Source: a bacterium (lineage in GTDB: Bacteria; Hinthialibacterota; Hinthialibacteria; OLB16). Taken from it: DNA of 64,000 nt. The stretch covers positions 296,111-360,110 of the forward strand of contig JAJVIK010000008.1 of the NCBI GenBank assembly GCA_022072055.1, in the 5' to 3' direction. The stretch's first letter is position 1. Every line of letters begins with the position of its first letter. The notes under the pieces are model-generated. The model made no database searches, was not told the origin of the DNA, and saw only the letters and a list, made by a program, of their open reading frames with translations. Positions 9,209 to 18,563 of the stretch are shown in pieces. Made by a program: the position numbers and the translations under genes.

Positions 9209-10541
9209 GAGGCTCGAATCGCAGGTGAGAGGATACTGCCGCTCTTTCCCGACGATCTTCACGACGGCAAAGGGCGCTCAGCTCTTTGACTGGAAAGGCC
9301 GTCGCTACATCGACTTCCTCTGCGGGGCGGGTTCTCTGAACTATGGTCACAACAATCCGGAGATTAAAGAGGCTGTCATCGAGTACCTGCTCAGTGATGG
9401 AATCCTCCATGGACTCGATCTCGCCACCGAGGCGAAGGAACGTTTCTTGGATGTCTTCGAGGGGCTGATCCTCAAACCGCGGAACCTCGAATACAAGATT
9501 CAGTTTACGGGTCCCACCGGCGCCAACGCGGTGGAAGCCGCTTTCAAATTGGTGAGGAAGGCGACGGGCCGGAGGAACATCATTTCCTTCACGAACGGTT
9601 TTCACGGCGTGACCCTGGGGGCTCTTGCCGCGACAGGCAATTCTTACTACCGGCGGGCCGCAGCCACGACCCTTGGCGAAACCACATTCATGCCCTATGA
9701 CGGGTACTTCGGTCCGGACTTCAACACACTCGAATACATCCGGAAGGTCCTGACGGACGGCAGCAGCGGGGTCGATCTCCCCGCGGCGTTCATCGTGGAA
9801 ACGGTTCAAGGCGAAGGCGGCCTGAACGCGGCTTCCGCCGGGTGGCTCCGAGGGCTACAAGCCCTGGGAAGGGAATTGGGGATCCTCCTCATCATCGATG
9901 ACATTCAAGCCGGTTGCGGTCGCACGGGAACTTTCTTCAGCTTCGAGGGTTTCGGGATTATTCCGGACATTGTCCTTCTCTCGAAATCGTTAAGCGGGTA
10001 CGGCCTGCCCATGTCGGTGGTTCTGATCAGGCCAGACTTGGACATCTGGGAACCGGGGGAACACAACGGCACATTTCGCGGAAACAACCTCGCCTTTGTT
10101 TCGGCGGCCAAGGCCATCGAAATTTATTGGGGAGACGATTTGTTCTCTCATGAAATCGGGAAGAAGGCGGAAATCCTTTCGGATCGCCTCGCGGAGATCA
10201 TACCCTTCGACACCGAGGCGGAGTTCGAGCCGAGAGGACGGGGTCTTATCCAAGGGATCGAGTGTGCGCCCGCCTCGATTGCAGACCGGGTGAGCCGAGC
10301 GGCCTTTGAACGAGGGTTGATCATCGAGACATCCGGCGCCGACAGCCAGGTTATCAAGTGCCTCCCGCCGCTGACCATCGAGGTTTCAATCTTGACGAGG
10401 GGGCTGGACATACTTGAGGACAGTCTCCAGGCGGTTCTGACGGATGGAAGCGGGAGGCAATTCCACGCTCCACCTCCGGGGCGTCCTCAGAATTCCCGTT
10501 GGGTCAGCGTTCCGACGGCCACAGAGGTGTACAGCCGATGA
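9195..10541 (+). CDS. ectB: diaminobutyrate--2-oxoglutarate transaminase
   Basis: MRVHERLESQVRGYCRSFPTIF...LNYGHNNPEIKEA and a class-III aminotransferase PLP region. Typical EctB N-terminus. Confidence 0.9.
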   Translation: MRVHERLESQVRGYCRSFPTIFTTAKGAQLFDWKGRRYIDFLCGAGSLNYGHNNPEIKEAVIEYLLSDGILHGLDLATEAKERFLDVFEGLILKPRNLEYKIQFTGPTGANAVEAAFKLVRKATGRRNIISFTNGFHGVTLGALAATGNSYYRRAAATTLGETTFMPYDGYFGPDFNTLEYIRKVLTDGSSGVDLPAAFIVETVQGEGGLNAASAGWLRGLQALGRELGILLIIDDIQAGCGRTGTFFSFEGFGIIPDIVLLSKSLSGYGLPMSVVLIRPDLDIWEPGEHNGTFRGNNLAFVSAAKAIEIYWGDDLFSHEIGKKAEILSDRLAEIIPFDTEAEFEPRGRGLIQGIECAPASIADRVSRAAFERGLIIETSGADSQVIKCLPPLTIEVSILTRGLDILEDSLQAVLTDGSGRQFHAPPPGRPQNSRWVSVPTATEVYSR

Positions 10542-10948
10542 TTGTGCGGACGCTCGAAGAGGTGGCGGGATCGGAGCGGGAGATCAGGACCGAACACTGG
10601 ACGAGCATGCGCCTGCTGCTTGAGGAGGATGGGATGGGATTCTCCCTGCACGAAACCGCCATTATGGCCGGATCGGAGCTCCCCATGACCTATCGGAATC
10701 ATCTCGAGGCGGTTTACTGTGTCGAGGGCCTGGGAGAGGTTGCGGATGTCTCAAGCGGCAAGACCCATCCGATCGGCCCAGGGACCGTCTATGCGCTGAA
10801 CGACCACGACAGCCACATTCTGAAAGCGCTAACGCCCCTTCGACTTGTCTGCGTCTTCAACCCCGCGCTTGTCGGACCTGAGGTTCACGACGAATCCGGA
10901 AGTTACCCTGCTCTCAGCGCCTTTGCGGTCCGGGAGGAGTCCGTATGA
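10538..10948 (+). CDS. ectC: L-ectoine synthase
   Basis: MIVRTLEEV...EHWTSMRLLL..DGMGFSLHETAI.AGSE...YRNHLEAVYCVEG is the EctC cupin. ATGA overlap with ectB. Confidence 0.9.
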   Translation: MIVRTLEEVAGSEREIRTEHWTSMRLLLEEDGMGFSLHETAIMAGSELPMTYRNHLEAVYCVEGLGEVADVSSGKTHPIGPGTVYALNDHDSHILKALTPLRLVCVFNPALVGPEVHDESGSYPALSAFAVREESV

Positions 10949-11862
10949 TTGGGTCGGCAAGAACCACGCCGGACGTCTATCCGTCGCGGAATGGTACCAC
11001 AACAAGCTGGATTCCACGACGCGAGCCGGTGGTATACGGTCCGACCGGTGACATCATCGGACCTCCTCTCGACAGGCAGTCGGTTAGAAGCTACGAAGAG
11101 AGCGGATACGTTGTCCTTGACGGGCTCATCTCGGAGCAAGAAACCACCGCCTTGCGGCGGGAGGTCGAAAGCCTGGCTTCATCGGACTGGGTTCGAGGTC
11201 AGCCATCCTCGGTCACCGAGCCAGGGAGCAATGAGCTGCGCTCTCTCTTCTCGATACACACCCTGTATGCCCCTTTCCGCGAACTCGCCGAGGACCCGCG
11301 CATCTTGGACATCGTCCGGCTTCTCCTGAACGATGAAGTCTATATTCACCAATCCCGAATCAACATCAAGCCCGCGTTCTTCGGGAAGGAGTTCTTCTGG
11401 CACTCGGACTTTGAGACCTGGCATGTCGAGGATGGAATGCCCGGCATGCGGGCGATCAGCTGTTGCATCAACCTAACCGACAACACCCGCTTTAACGGCC
11501 CGCTGATGCTGATTCCAGGCTCTCACAAGCATTTTGTTCCATGTGTGGGGGAAACGCCGCGAGATCATTACAGAGCCTCCCTCAAGAGACAGCAATATGG
11601 GACGCCCGATCCGGGCAGCCTTTCCCGGCTGATTGGAATGGGCGGTATTGTCTCCGTGGAATCGGGGTGCGGATCCGCGCTCTTGTTTGACTGTAACCTA
11701 ATGCATGCGTCCTCGGGTAACCTCTCACCATGGCCGCGCACAAACCTCTTCTTCGTCTATAACGCGGTCTCGAATCAACTAGTGGACCCCTTCTCCGGGC
11801 TACCTCCCCGCCCGGACTTTATCGCAACTCGAGGTGAACCGGCCTCTCTCGGGCGGAGGTGA
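10945..11862 (+). CDS. ectD: ectoine hydroxylase
   Basis: FWHSDFETWHVEDGMPGMRAISCCINLTDNTRFNGPLMLIPGSHK is the EctD signature (phytanoyl-CoA dioxygenase fold). Confidence 0.9.
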   Translation: MIGSARTTPDVYPSRNGTTTSWIPRREPVVYGPTGDIIGPPLDRQSVRSYEESGYVVLDGLISEQETTALRREVESLASSDWVRGQPSSVTEPGSNELRSLFSIHTLYAPFRELAEDPRILDIVRLLLNDEVYIHQSRINIKPAFFGKEFFWHSDFETWHVEDGMPGMRAISCCINLTDNTRFNGPLMLIPGSHKHFVPCVGETPRDHYRASLKRQQYGTPDPGSLSRLIGMGGIVSVESGCGSALLFDCNLMHASSGNLSPWPRTNLFFVYNAVSNQLVDPFSGLPPRPDFIATRGEPASLGRR

Positions 11863-11865
11863 GGA

Positions 11866-12786
11866 ATGCGGCTCCGGGGTCTGCTGTTCACGGTTGTCGC
11901 GGCCGTTCTCCACTGTTCCTGTAGCTCCAATCAGGACCCCGAGGGCGCGGTGGAGGGACGCAAGCAGACCCTTGATCGGATTCGCCGGGAAGGGGTTGTG
12001 CGGATCGGATACGCCAACGAGGCTCCTTACGCATACCTTGATCAATTGTCGGGGCGTGTGACCGGGGAGGCGCCCGAGATTGCCCGCGTGGTCTTGAAGA
12101 GGATGGGGGTGGAGAAGGTCGAAGGGGTCCTTACCGAATTCGGCTCGTTGATCCCGGGATTGAAGGCGAGGAGGTTCGACATCATCGCGGCCGGTATGTA
12201 CATCACGCCGGCGCGGTGCGCGCAAATCCTTTTCTCCAACCCCACTTACAGTGTCGGGGAAGCCTTCATGGTGCTTGCGGGGAATCCGCTTTCCCTCCAC
12301 GGCTACGAGGATGTCGCCGGCAATCCGGAAGCGCGCTTGGGAGTTGTGGCCGGAACGGTCGAGAGAGAGTACGCCAAAAAGTGCGGCATCCCGGATGACA
12401 GAATCCTGATCTTCCCTGATCCCATGAGCGCATTGGCCGGACTGCGCGCGGGAAGGATCGAAGCGTATGGTGGGACAAGCCTTACCATCAACGATCTGAT
12501 GAGCAAGACCACATCAAGCGATATTGAAAGAGCGAATCCTTTCTCGGATCCGATCATCGATGCGAACGCGATCCGCGGGTATGGCGCATTCGGCTTTCGA
12601 CTGGGGGATGAGCCCCTGGTCGAGGCCTTCAACAGGGAATTGGCGGCGTTTATTGGGACTCCTGAACACCTGGATCTCGTCACTCCGTTTGGGTTCGGCA
12701 AGGAAGAGCTTCCGGGGCCGGTCACCGCGGGAGACCTTTGCGGCCGGTCCGCGCGCGCAAAGAGCGGAGACGCCGCGCGGGGGTGA
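11866..12786 (+). CDS. ehuB: ectoine/hydroxyectoine ABC transporter substrate-binding lipoprotein
   Basis: Lipoprotein signal (LHCSCSS) followed by a type-3 solute-binding-protein fold. It lies directly downstream of ectD and upstream of two permeases and an ATPase. Confidence 0.75.
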   Translation: MRLRGLLFTVVAAVLHCSCSSNQDPEGAVEGRKQTLDRIRREGVVRIGYANEAPYAYLDQLSGRVTGEAPEIARVVLKRMGVEKVEGVLTEFGSLIPGLKARRFDIIAAGMYITPARCAQILFSNPTYSVGEAFMVLAGNPLSLHGYEDVAGNPEARLGVVAGTVEREYAKKCGIPDDRILIFPDPMSALAGLRAGRIEAYGGTSLTINDLMSKTTSSDIERANPFSDPIIDANAIRGYGAFGFRLGDEPLVEAFNRELAAFIGTPEHLDLVTPFGFGKEELPGPVTAGDLCGRSARAKSGDAARG

Positions 12787-13457
12787 GTGGAGTGACCATC
12801 GACCTCGAACTCCTGCCGCCGCTCTTCAAGGGTTTGACTGTCACCATTCAGATCTTTTCGGGCGCGGCGGGGGTTGCCGTTGTGGCGGCTTTGGGCGGTG
12901 GGCTGGGGCGACTCTCGGGCAGGTGTTGGATCAGGGCTCCCGCAACATGCTATATCGAAGTGTTTCGCGGGACCTCGGCCTTGGTGCAGCTCTATTGGGT
13001 TTTCTATGTGTTACCTTTCTTCGGAATCGAGATCGGCGCGATGGCCGCCGGGATCCTGGTTCTGGGATTGAACGCGGGCTCGTACGGCGCGGAGATCGTC
13101 CGAGGCTCCATCCTGGCGGTTCCTCGGGGCCAGATCGAAGCCGCCATCGCCCTGAATCTGACCCCCTTTCAGCGGATGTGGAGAATCGTTCTCCCACAGG
13201 CAGCCGCCGCGATGATCCCTCCCGCGACCAACACCCTGATTGAGTTGCTGAAGAACACCTCGCTGGTTTCGCTCATCACCATCGCGGATCTGACATTCCA
13301 AGGGCAGATCATCCGCGCCTCCACCCTGAAGAGCGCTGAAGTGTTCCTCCTGCTGCTCGCCCTCTATCTCGCGCTTTCAATGGTGATTCGAACCTTCATG
13401 CGCCGGATCGAGAAGAGATACTCCTTGAGTTGGAGACCCGTCGGAGGCCTGACGTGA
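12738..13457 (+). CDS. ehuC: amino-acid (ectoine) ABC transporter permease
   Basis: His/Glu/Gln/Arg/opine-family permease (LKGLTVTIQIF...EAA-like loop). The true start may be the GTG near 12792. Confidence 0.75.
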   Translation: MRPVRARKERRRRAGVSGVTIDLELLPPLFKGLTVTIQIFSGAAGVAVVAALGGGLGRLSGRCWIRAPATCYIEVFRGTSALVQLYWVFYVLPFFGIEIGAMAAGILVLGLNAGSYGAEIVRGSILAVPRGQIEAAIALNLTPFQRMWRIVLPQAAAAMIPPATNTLIELLKNTSLVSLITIADLTFQGQIIRASTLKSAEVFLLLLALYLALSMVIRTFMRRIEKRYSLSWRPVGGLT

Positions 13458-14119
13458 GAATCGACTGGGGGGCGGCGTGGAGCGCGCTGCCGGTCTTGCT
13501 TCAGGGACTCCTCGTCACTCTTCAGGTGACTCTTCTCGGGATGTCGCTGGCGCTTCTTCTCGGTCTCGTCTGGACACTGTCCCGGCGATCCCCCCGCCGA
13601 TGGATATCCTATCCGGCGGCTGGGTTCGTTGAGGCGATCCGGAGCACGCCCCTCTTGGTTCAAGTGTACTTCCTGTTCTATGTGCTTCCCAGTTACGGGA
13701 TCAGACTCAGTCCCCTCGCGACTGGGGTGGTCGCCGTGGGGCTGCACTACAGCGCCTATACCTCGGAAGTTTACCGCGCCGGCATCGAGGGGGTCCCGCG
13801 AGGACAGTGGGAAGCCGCGATAGCCCTCAATCTGAGGCCGCTCCAGACCTGGATGTCCATCATCCTTCCCCAAGCCATCCCGCCCGTCATCCCGGCCCTT
13901 GGGAACTATTTCATCGCGATGTTCAAGGACACCCCGATCCTATCGGCGATTGCGGTCCTTGAGGTGATGCAAACCGCCAAAATATTGGGGTCGGAGACGT
14001 TCCGATACCTCGAACCTTTCACTCTTGTCGGACTGCTTTTCCTGGGGTTGAGCCTGGTCGCCGCGGCGTTGGTTCGGTGGGCGGAAAGGAAACTTGGAGT
14101 CCGGAGCGCTTCGCCATGA
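13430..14119 (+). CDS. ehuD: amino-acid (ectoine) ABC transporter permease
   Basis: Second polar-amino-acid permease paralog (LLQGLLVTLQVTLLGM...). Confidence 0.75.
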   Translation: METRRRPDVRIDWGAAWSALPVLLQGLLVTLQVTLLGMSLALLLGLVWTLSRRSPRRWISYPAAGFVEAIRSTPLLVQVYFLFYVLPSYGIRLSPLATGVVAVGLHYSAYTSEVYRAGIEGVPRGQWEAAIALNLRPLQTWMSIILPQAIPPVIPALGNYFIAMFKDTPILSAIAVLEVMQTAKILGSETFRYLEPFTLVGLLFLGLSLVAAALVRWAERKLGVRSASP

Positions 14120-14895
14120 ACCCTCCGCCCATTGTGCGCATCCGTGGTCTGAGCAAGCGCTACGGGGATGTTTCCGTGATCGAGGATTTGGACCTCGACA
14201 TCGCCGCCGGCGAACACCTGGCGGTCATCGGTCCAAGCGGGTCGGGAAAGACCACCTTCTTGCGCGTGCTGATGACACTCGAGCGGCCGGATTCGGGGAC
14301 AATTGAAATCGAAGGGGAAGACCTTTGGCTGATGAAGCGCAACGGGGCCTTGATTCCCGCAAATCCGGCCCACCTGCGTAGGGTCCGGGCAAAAGTCGGA
14401 ATGGTGTTTCAACACTTCAACCTCTTCCCGCACATGACCGCTCTCCGCAATGTAACGGAAGCCCCGATTCATGTGTTGGGGTTATCGCGAGCGCAGGCCG
14501 CCCAACGCGGCGTCGAGCTCCTGGCCAAGGTCGGCCTGGAGGACAAGCTTGACTCCTATCCGCACCAACTGTCCGGCGGACAAAAGCAACGCGTGGCGAT
14601 CGCGAGAGCGTTGGCCATGCAGCCAAAGGTCATGCTCTTCGACGAAGTGACCTCGGCGTTGGACCCCGAACTGGTTGGAGAGGTCTTGGGCGTCCTGCGC
14701 CAAATCGCGCGGGAAACCGAGATGACCATGATCGTGGTGACCCATTTGATGGAGTTTGCGCGAGAGATCGCCAACAGGGTCATCTTTTTCGACAGAGGCA
14801 GGGTCCGCGAGGATGCCCCCCCGGATGAAATCTTCACAAACCCCTCGCATCCAAGAACAAGGGAGTTTCTCAGAGCCGTCCAGCTGACCGCTTGA
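14116..14895 (+). CDS. ehuA: ABC transporter ATP-binding protein
   Basis: GPSGSGKTT Walker A, LSGGQKQRVAIARAL signature, Walker B. Start MNPPPIVRIRGL at 14116 forms an ATGA overlap with ehuD. Confidence 0.85.
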   Translation: MNPPPIVRIRGLSKRYGDVSVIEDLDLDIAAGEHLAVIGPSGSGKTTFLRVLMTLERPDSGTIEIEGEDLWLMKRNGALIPANPAHLRRVRAKVGMVFQHFNLFPHMTALRNVTEAPIHVLGLSRAQAAQRGVELLAKVGLEDKLDSYPHQLSGGQKQRVAIARALAMQPKVMLFDEVTSALDPELVGEVLGVLRQIARETEMTMIVVTHLMEFAREIANRVIFFDRGRVREDAPPDEIFTNPSHPRTREFLRAVQLTA

Positions 14896-14985
14896 ACGAC
14901 AGCTCTCTTTGGTGGAACGTCATACGGAGAAGCTTCCAGGCCGCCGAGCCGCTTGACCACGGTCCGGCGCGTCCGAGTCCGCTTC

Positions 14986-15975
14986 TCAGCGCCGCCGGTC
15001 CTGGTCGTACAGGAAGAAGTTCTCGACCGTGGAAGGGGGATGTCCGATCAGGACTTGACCTCCTTCGGCGCTTACCAGGAAGGGACACCCTCCGGAGCTG
15101 CGAACCTCCGCGTCTTGGAGATTCAGGACCAGGCGCGACCCAATCCCACAAGAAGGGGGAATTGTAAAGTTCAGCCACCCCAATTGAGCGGCCTCAATTC
15201 CCCGAATTTCCTCATCGCCACAAAGGACAAACGAAACAGTCCCGGATGCTTGGCCAAGCGCAACGCTCCACCCTGAGATTCGCGGTGTCGGAAGGAACGA
15301 CTCGAAGAACAGACCGGCGGGGTTGAAGTGGACCTCGCCGGACACCTCGCCAATCCCCGCCCCCATCGAAACCGAAAGAGGAATCCGGACAGTTCCATTG
15401 GGAAAACCGGAGTCCGAGCCGAGTCCGAGCACCAGCGGCGCCTGCGAGGGGAGTTCAGACCCGACACGGAAAAGCGCGTTGTCCGCGAGCAGCCGGTAAC
15501 GAACGCTATTCTCGTCATACCATCGGGCGAGGTGAAAGCAGATCGGCGTGACCGTCCCCACTCCAGCCTCCAGCTTGGGGCTGAGAGTAACCAGAAGAAT
15601 GACCGCCTCGCCGGGAGCGATCAGACCCTCAACATGGGCCAGAGACGCCGCCAGCGTCCCAACCTCCGGGAAGTCATACGCCAAGAGAAAGGACCCAGTC
15701 ATCGTGGCGGTGCGAACCTCATCCATGGAGAGAATGGTGGGATCGTACTCCAATCTGAAATCCCCCCCGGCGAAACCGTCGCCGTCCGATAACCGGATTT
15801 CGATCACCGTCTGTCCGGGATAGACCGCGGCGCCGTTCGTGGCCTCGACAACCCGGTCCAGGGCGCAAGCCGCGGGTGGGCTTACGGGAACTCCCAAGGG
15901 GGAGAACACGGATTGGAGGACTTGCATGCAGACAGAAAGAGTTATCGGATGTTTCATGGCTCCAGTCGGCTCCAA
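14986..15975 (-). CDS. secreted protein with two cohesin-like beta-sandwich domains
   Basis: Signal-like N-terminus. Two repeats carry AGGDFRLEYDPTIL ... ARWYDENSVRY-type motifs shared with three other ORFs in the locus. Confidence 0.6.
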   Translation of the reverse strand: MEPTGAMKHPITLSVCMQVLQSVFSPLGVPVSPPAACALDRVVEATNGAAVYPGQTVIEIRLSDGDGFAGGDFRLEYDPTILSMDEVRTATMTGSFLLAYDFPEVGTLAASLAHVEGLIAPGEAVILLVTLSPKLEAGVGTVTPICFHLARWYDENSVRYRLLADNALFRVGSELPSQAPLVLGLGSDSGFPNGTVRIPLSVSMGAGIGEVSGEVHFNPAGLFFESFLPTPRISGWSVALGQASGTVSFVLCGDEEIRGIEAAQLGWLNFTIPPSCGIGSRLVLNLQDAEVRSSGGCPFLVSAEGGQVLIGHPPSTVENFFLYDQDRRR

Positions 15976-16022
15976 ACGATGAGCGAATCAGTCCGGTTGC
16001 GGCGGGCTTTGAGTTGTCGTGA

Positions 16023-17375
16023 TCACTCCTCTCCCACGCTCTGCCTCCAATACCTGAGAAACTCAAACAGGTCCCGGCTGTCCACCACGCCATCTTTGGT
16101 CAAGTCGGTTTGGAGGAGCGCTCCAATCACTTGGTCGGCGGGGGATTGGCTGGTGGGGGTCACAGTGGGTGAGGGCGTTGGGCTGTCGCTTGGTGAAACT
16201 CCGATGACCACGGGCCAGATGGGAAGCGGGACGAGCGTGGGTTCTCCAATGATCAAGTCTCCCCCGATTTGCGTGGGGTTCGCCTCCACGCTCACCCGTG
16301 TCGGATCCGTGGCGGCGGTGGCTTGAGACAGGTCGGTTGCATCCGGATTCTCCTCGGCGGGATCCTCGGAGGCCGCCTCTCCATCCCCGAGGATCGTCAC
16401 CATTCCATCCTGAGTGACCACCGGGATCGCGCGGCTCATTTCGTCATACATCTTGGCCTCCAAAAATCGAAGGGGCGCAGCGGTCCCTTCGGTCTGAGTG
16501 GAGGAAGCACTCCCCTCGAGGATGAGCAGCGCATCCGGGCCGGGAGGCAGTCCCTCCACGGCGGCCATCGAGATCGAATAGCGGCCCTCTCGCTTCTTCG
16601 AGATCAGAAGAAAGGAGTCCGAGGGGCCAGTCCGTTGCACACTCCTCAAGTCGACCCATGCGGGATCAAAGCCAATTTCAAAGTCGCATCCCGCCACGTT
16701 CACCAGGTCGCTGCACGAAAGCGCGACCTGGAAGCCTTCACCGGGATGAACCTCAGCGGACCCCAGCGCCAAGCGTCGTCCGACCGCGGTCGGAGTGGGG
16801 GTCTGGGTCGTTCGAGCGGTGGGGGTGAGGGTCGCCGGATGTGTCGGGGTCGGGGTTACCGCCGCCTCAGTCGCGGTGGCATCCTCGCGCCAGGTCGGAG
16901 TGGGGGACTCGATGCGGGAAGGCGTTGGGGTCAGGCTCGGCTCGGTCTGTCCCCCTTGGCGATTGGGTTTATCGGCGCCGAGGGACCCGGGATTCCCCGA
17001 TCCCTGGAGGGTGTCCAGGTTCGACCCACGCTTCGGGTCCGCCCGTTCTCCTTCGATCTCCCTGCTTCCTTGGGGAAGCATCCCCTGGCGCGGCGCTTCA
17101 TCCGCGGGGCGTGGATTCAACCATCCGGGAGCCACTCCCACCAGGACCTTTCCGATTGCTCCGATTGCTCCAAGCGCCCTGTCCCATAGAGTCTGAACCC
17201 CCACGGTTGGACCGGCGGCGATCAAGGCGGAGGCCAGGCAAACCCCGAGGGTGATGGCCACCAGCCTAAGGGTCTGTTTGTGAGGCGAAGGGGATTTGGG
17301 TTTCATCTTGCCGCCTCCTGCTTCCAGATTTCCAGGAACCGGATCAGATCCTTTTCGTCCACTTGGCCGCTGCAA
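16023..17375 (-). CDS. signal-anchored protein: Thr/Pro linker + cohesin-like domain + TP linker + C-terminal dockerin-like Ca-loop tail
   Basis: AGCDFEIGFDPAWVDL...YSISMAAVEGL...LRFLEAKMYDE cohesin-like block, and C-terminal DLTKDGVVDSRDLFEFLRYWRQ. The real start is probably the MKPKSPS... Met near 17309. Confidence 0.6.
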   Translation of the reverse strand: MQRPSGRKGSDPVPGNLEAGGGKMKPKSPSPHKQTLRLVAITLGVCLASALIAAGPTVGVQTLWDRALGAIGAIGKVLVGVAPGWLNPRPADEAPRQGMLPQGSREIEGERADPKRGSNLDTLQGSGNPGSLGADKPNRQGGQTEPSLTPTPSRIESPTPTWREDATATEAAVTPTPTHPATLTPTARTTQTPTPTAVGRRLALGSAEVHPGEGFQVALSCSDLVNVAGCDFEIGFDPAWVDLRSVQRTGPSDSFLLISKKREGRYSISMAAVEGLPPGPDALLILEGSASSTQTEGTAAPLRFLEAKMYDEMSRAIPVVTQDGMVTILGDGEAASEDPAEENPDATDLSQATAATDPTRVSVEANPTQIGGDLIIGEPTLVPLPIWPVVIGVSPSDSPTPSPTVTPTSQSPADQVIGALLQTDLTKDGVVDSRDLFEFLRYWRQSVGEE

Positions 17376-18466
17376 TCGAAATCAGCGGGAACGAAGGGGG
17401 TGGGCGAACCGGTCGGGGTGGGGTCGAAACCGGTTGGGGTCGGAGTCGGGTAAGGGGTGGCGCTTGCCGTGGGCTCCGAGGTCGGGGTCGCTGACACCGT
17501 GCCTGTCGGAGTTGCGGTTTCAGGACCAACCGCGACCGTGATCTCTCCGCCCACGCCAGCGGAGGCGAATCCAAAACCCTCGAGGTTTTCGATTCGCACG
17601 CCGGTCAAGGTGATCGGAGAAGCGGTTCCGGGAGTGGCGGACTCCGACACGGCAACCCTCCAATTGCCAAGAAGAAGCGGATCAACCCCCCCGAGCTCGA
17701 CCGGACCTCTGATGTCAAAATGAACTAGTCCATTAAGAGGAAACAGGTCGATTTGCCAGGCGAGCAGGTCGACCGCCGGTTCGAAGCCAACGATTTGGAT
17801 TTGGGTGGGATCAAAAACAAGACCTCCGGAGATGTTCCCGATCGCCTCCGGCATGGAGACCGAGAAGGGGATGGTCGCCTCGTGTCCGGGGGACGCCGTG
17901 GCGGATGAAAGACTGAGTGTCAGGGGGCGTTCCGAAGGGGGAGTCCCCCCCACTCGGAGGAGACCGTTATCCCCGAGAAGCTCGTGGCGGACGCTGGACT
18001 CGTCATACCAGCGCGCCTCGCGGAAGACAATCGGCGAGATTGTCCCTTCGGGAGCATCCACGCCAGCTTGAACCGTGAGGAGAGCGATAGGCGCGGCCCC
18101 CACTCCGGACAGACCTTCGGCAGCGGCCATTGAAATCGAGAAAAGGCCGGATTCCGGTGACCCATGCGCGACCAGGAAGTCTTCGGTGGCTTCGGCGCGG
18201 TCCACATCTTGAATCAGGAGGACCCGGGGATCGAATGAAAGGATGAAATCCCCTCCGGCGAAACCCGCCAGGCTCGAAAGGATCAGGGGAATCTGCACGG
18301 ACTGTCCGGCGGACGCCGCGCCGTTCGCAACCTGGATCACCGCATCCTCCGCCCTGGCGGTCGGCGCGCAAAGCAACAACGAGACAATCCCGAGCAGCAG
18401 CGCCGGGCGCGGGCTGCTCGGGTGTGAAGTGGGCGGTCCGGAGCGGGAAACTTGGGCTGGGCCCAT
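17303..18466 (-). CDS. secreted protein: two cohesin-like domains + TP linker + C-terminal dockerin-like tail
   Basis: AGGDFILSFDPRVL...FSISMAAAEGL...VFREARWYDESSVRHELL, and a C-terminal DFDCSGQVDEKDLIRFLEIWKQ. Confidence 0.6.
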   Translation of the reverse strand: MGPAQVSRSGPPTSHPSSPRPALLLGIVSLLLCAPTARAEDAVIQVANGAASAGQSVQIPLILSSLAGFAGGDFILSFDPRVLLIQDVDRAEATEDFLVAHGSPESGLFSISMAAAEGLSGVGAAPIALLTVQAGVDAPEGTISPIVFREARWYDESSVRHELLGDNGLLRVGGTPPSERPLTLSLSSATASPGHEATIPFSVSMPEAIGNISGGLVFDPTQIQIVGFEPAVDLLAWQIDLFPLNGLVHFDIRGPVELGGVDPLLLGNWRVAVSESATPGTASPITLTGVRIENLEGFGFASAGVGGEITVAVGPETATPTGTVSATPTSEPTASATPYPTPTPTGFDPTPTGSPTPFVPADFDCSGQVDEKDLIRFLEIWKQEAAR

Positions 18467-18563
18467 GTTGGTTCCTTTCGTGCCCCGCTGTGTGAGGTCG
18501 CGGCTGGAGGGAGAGGCCTTGAGCGCTCTCCCTCCAGCCTTCCCAAGCCGGTCCTATGCGCGT

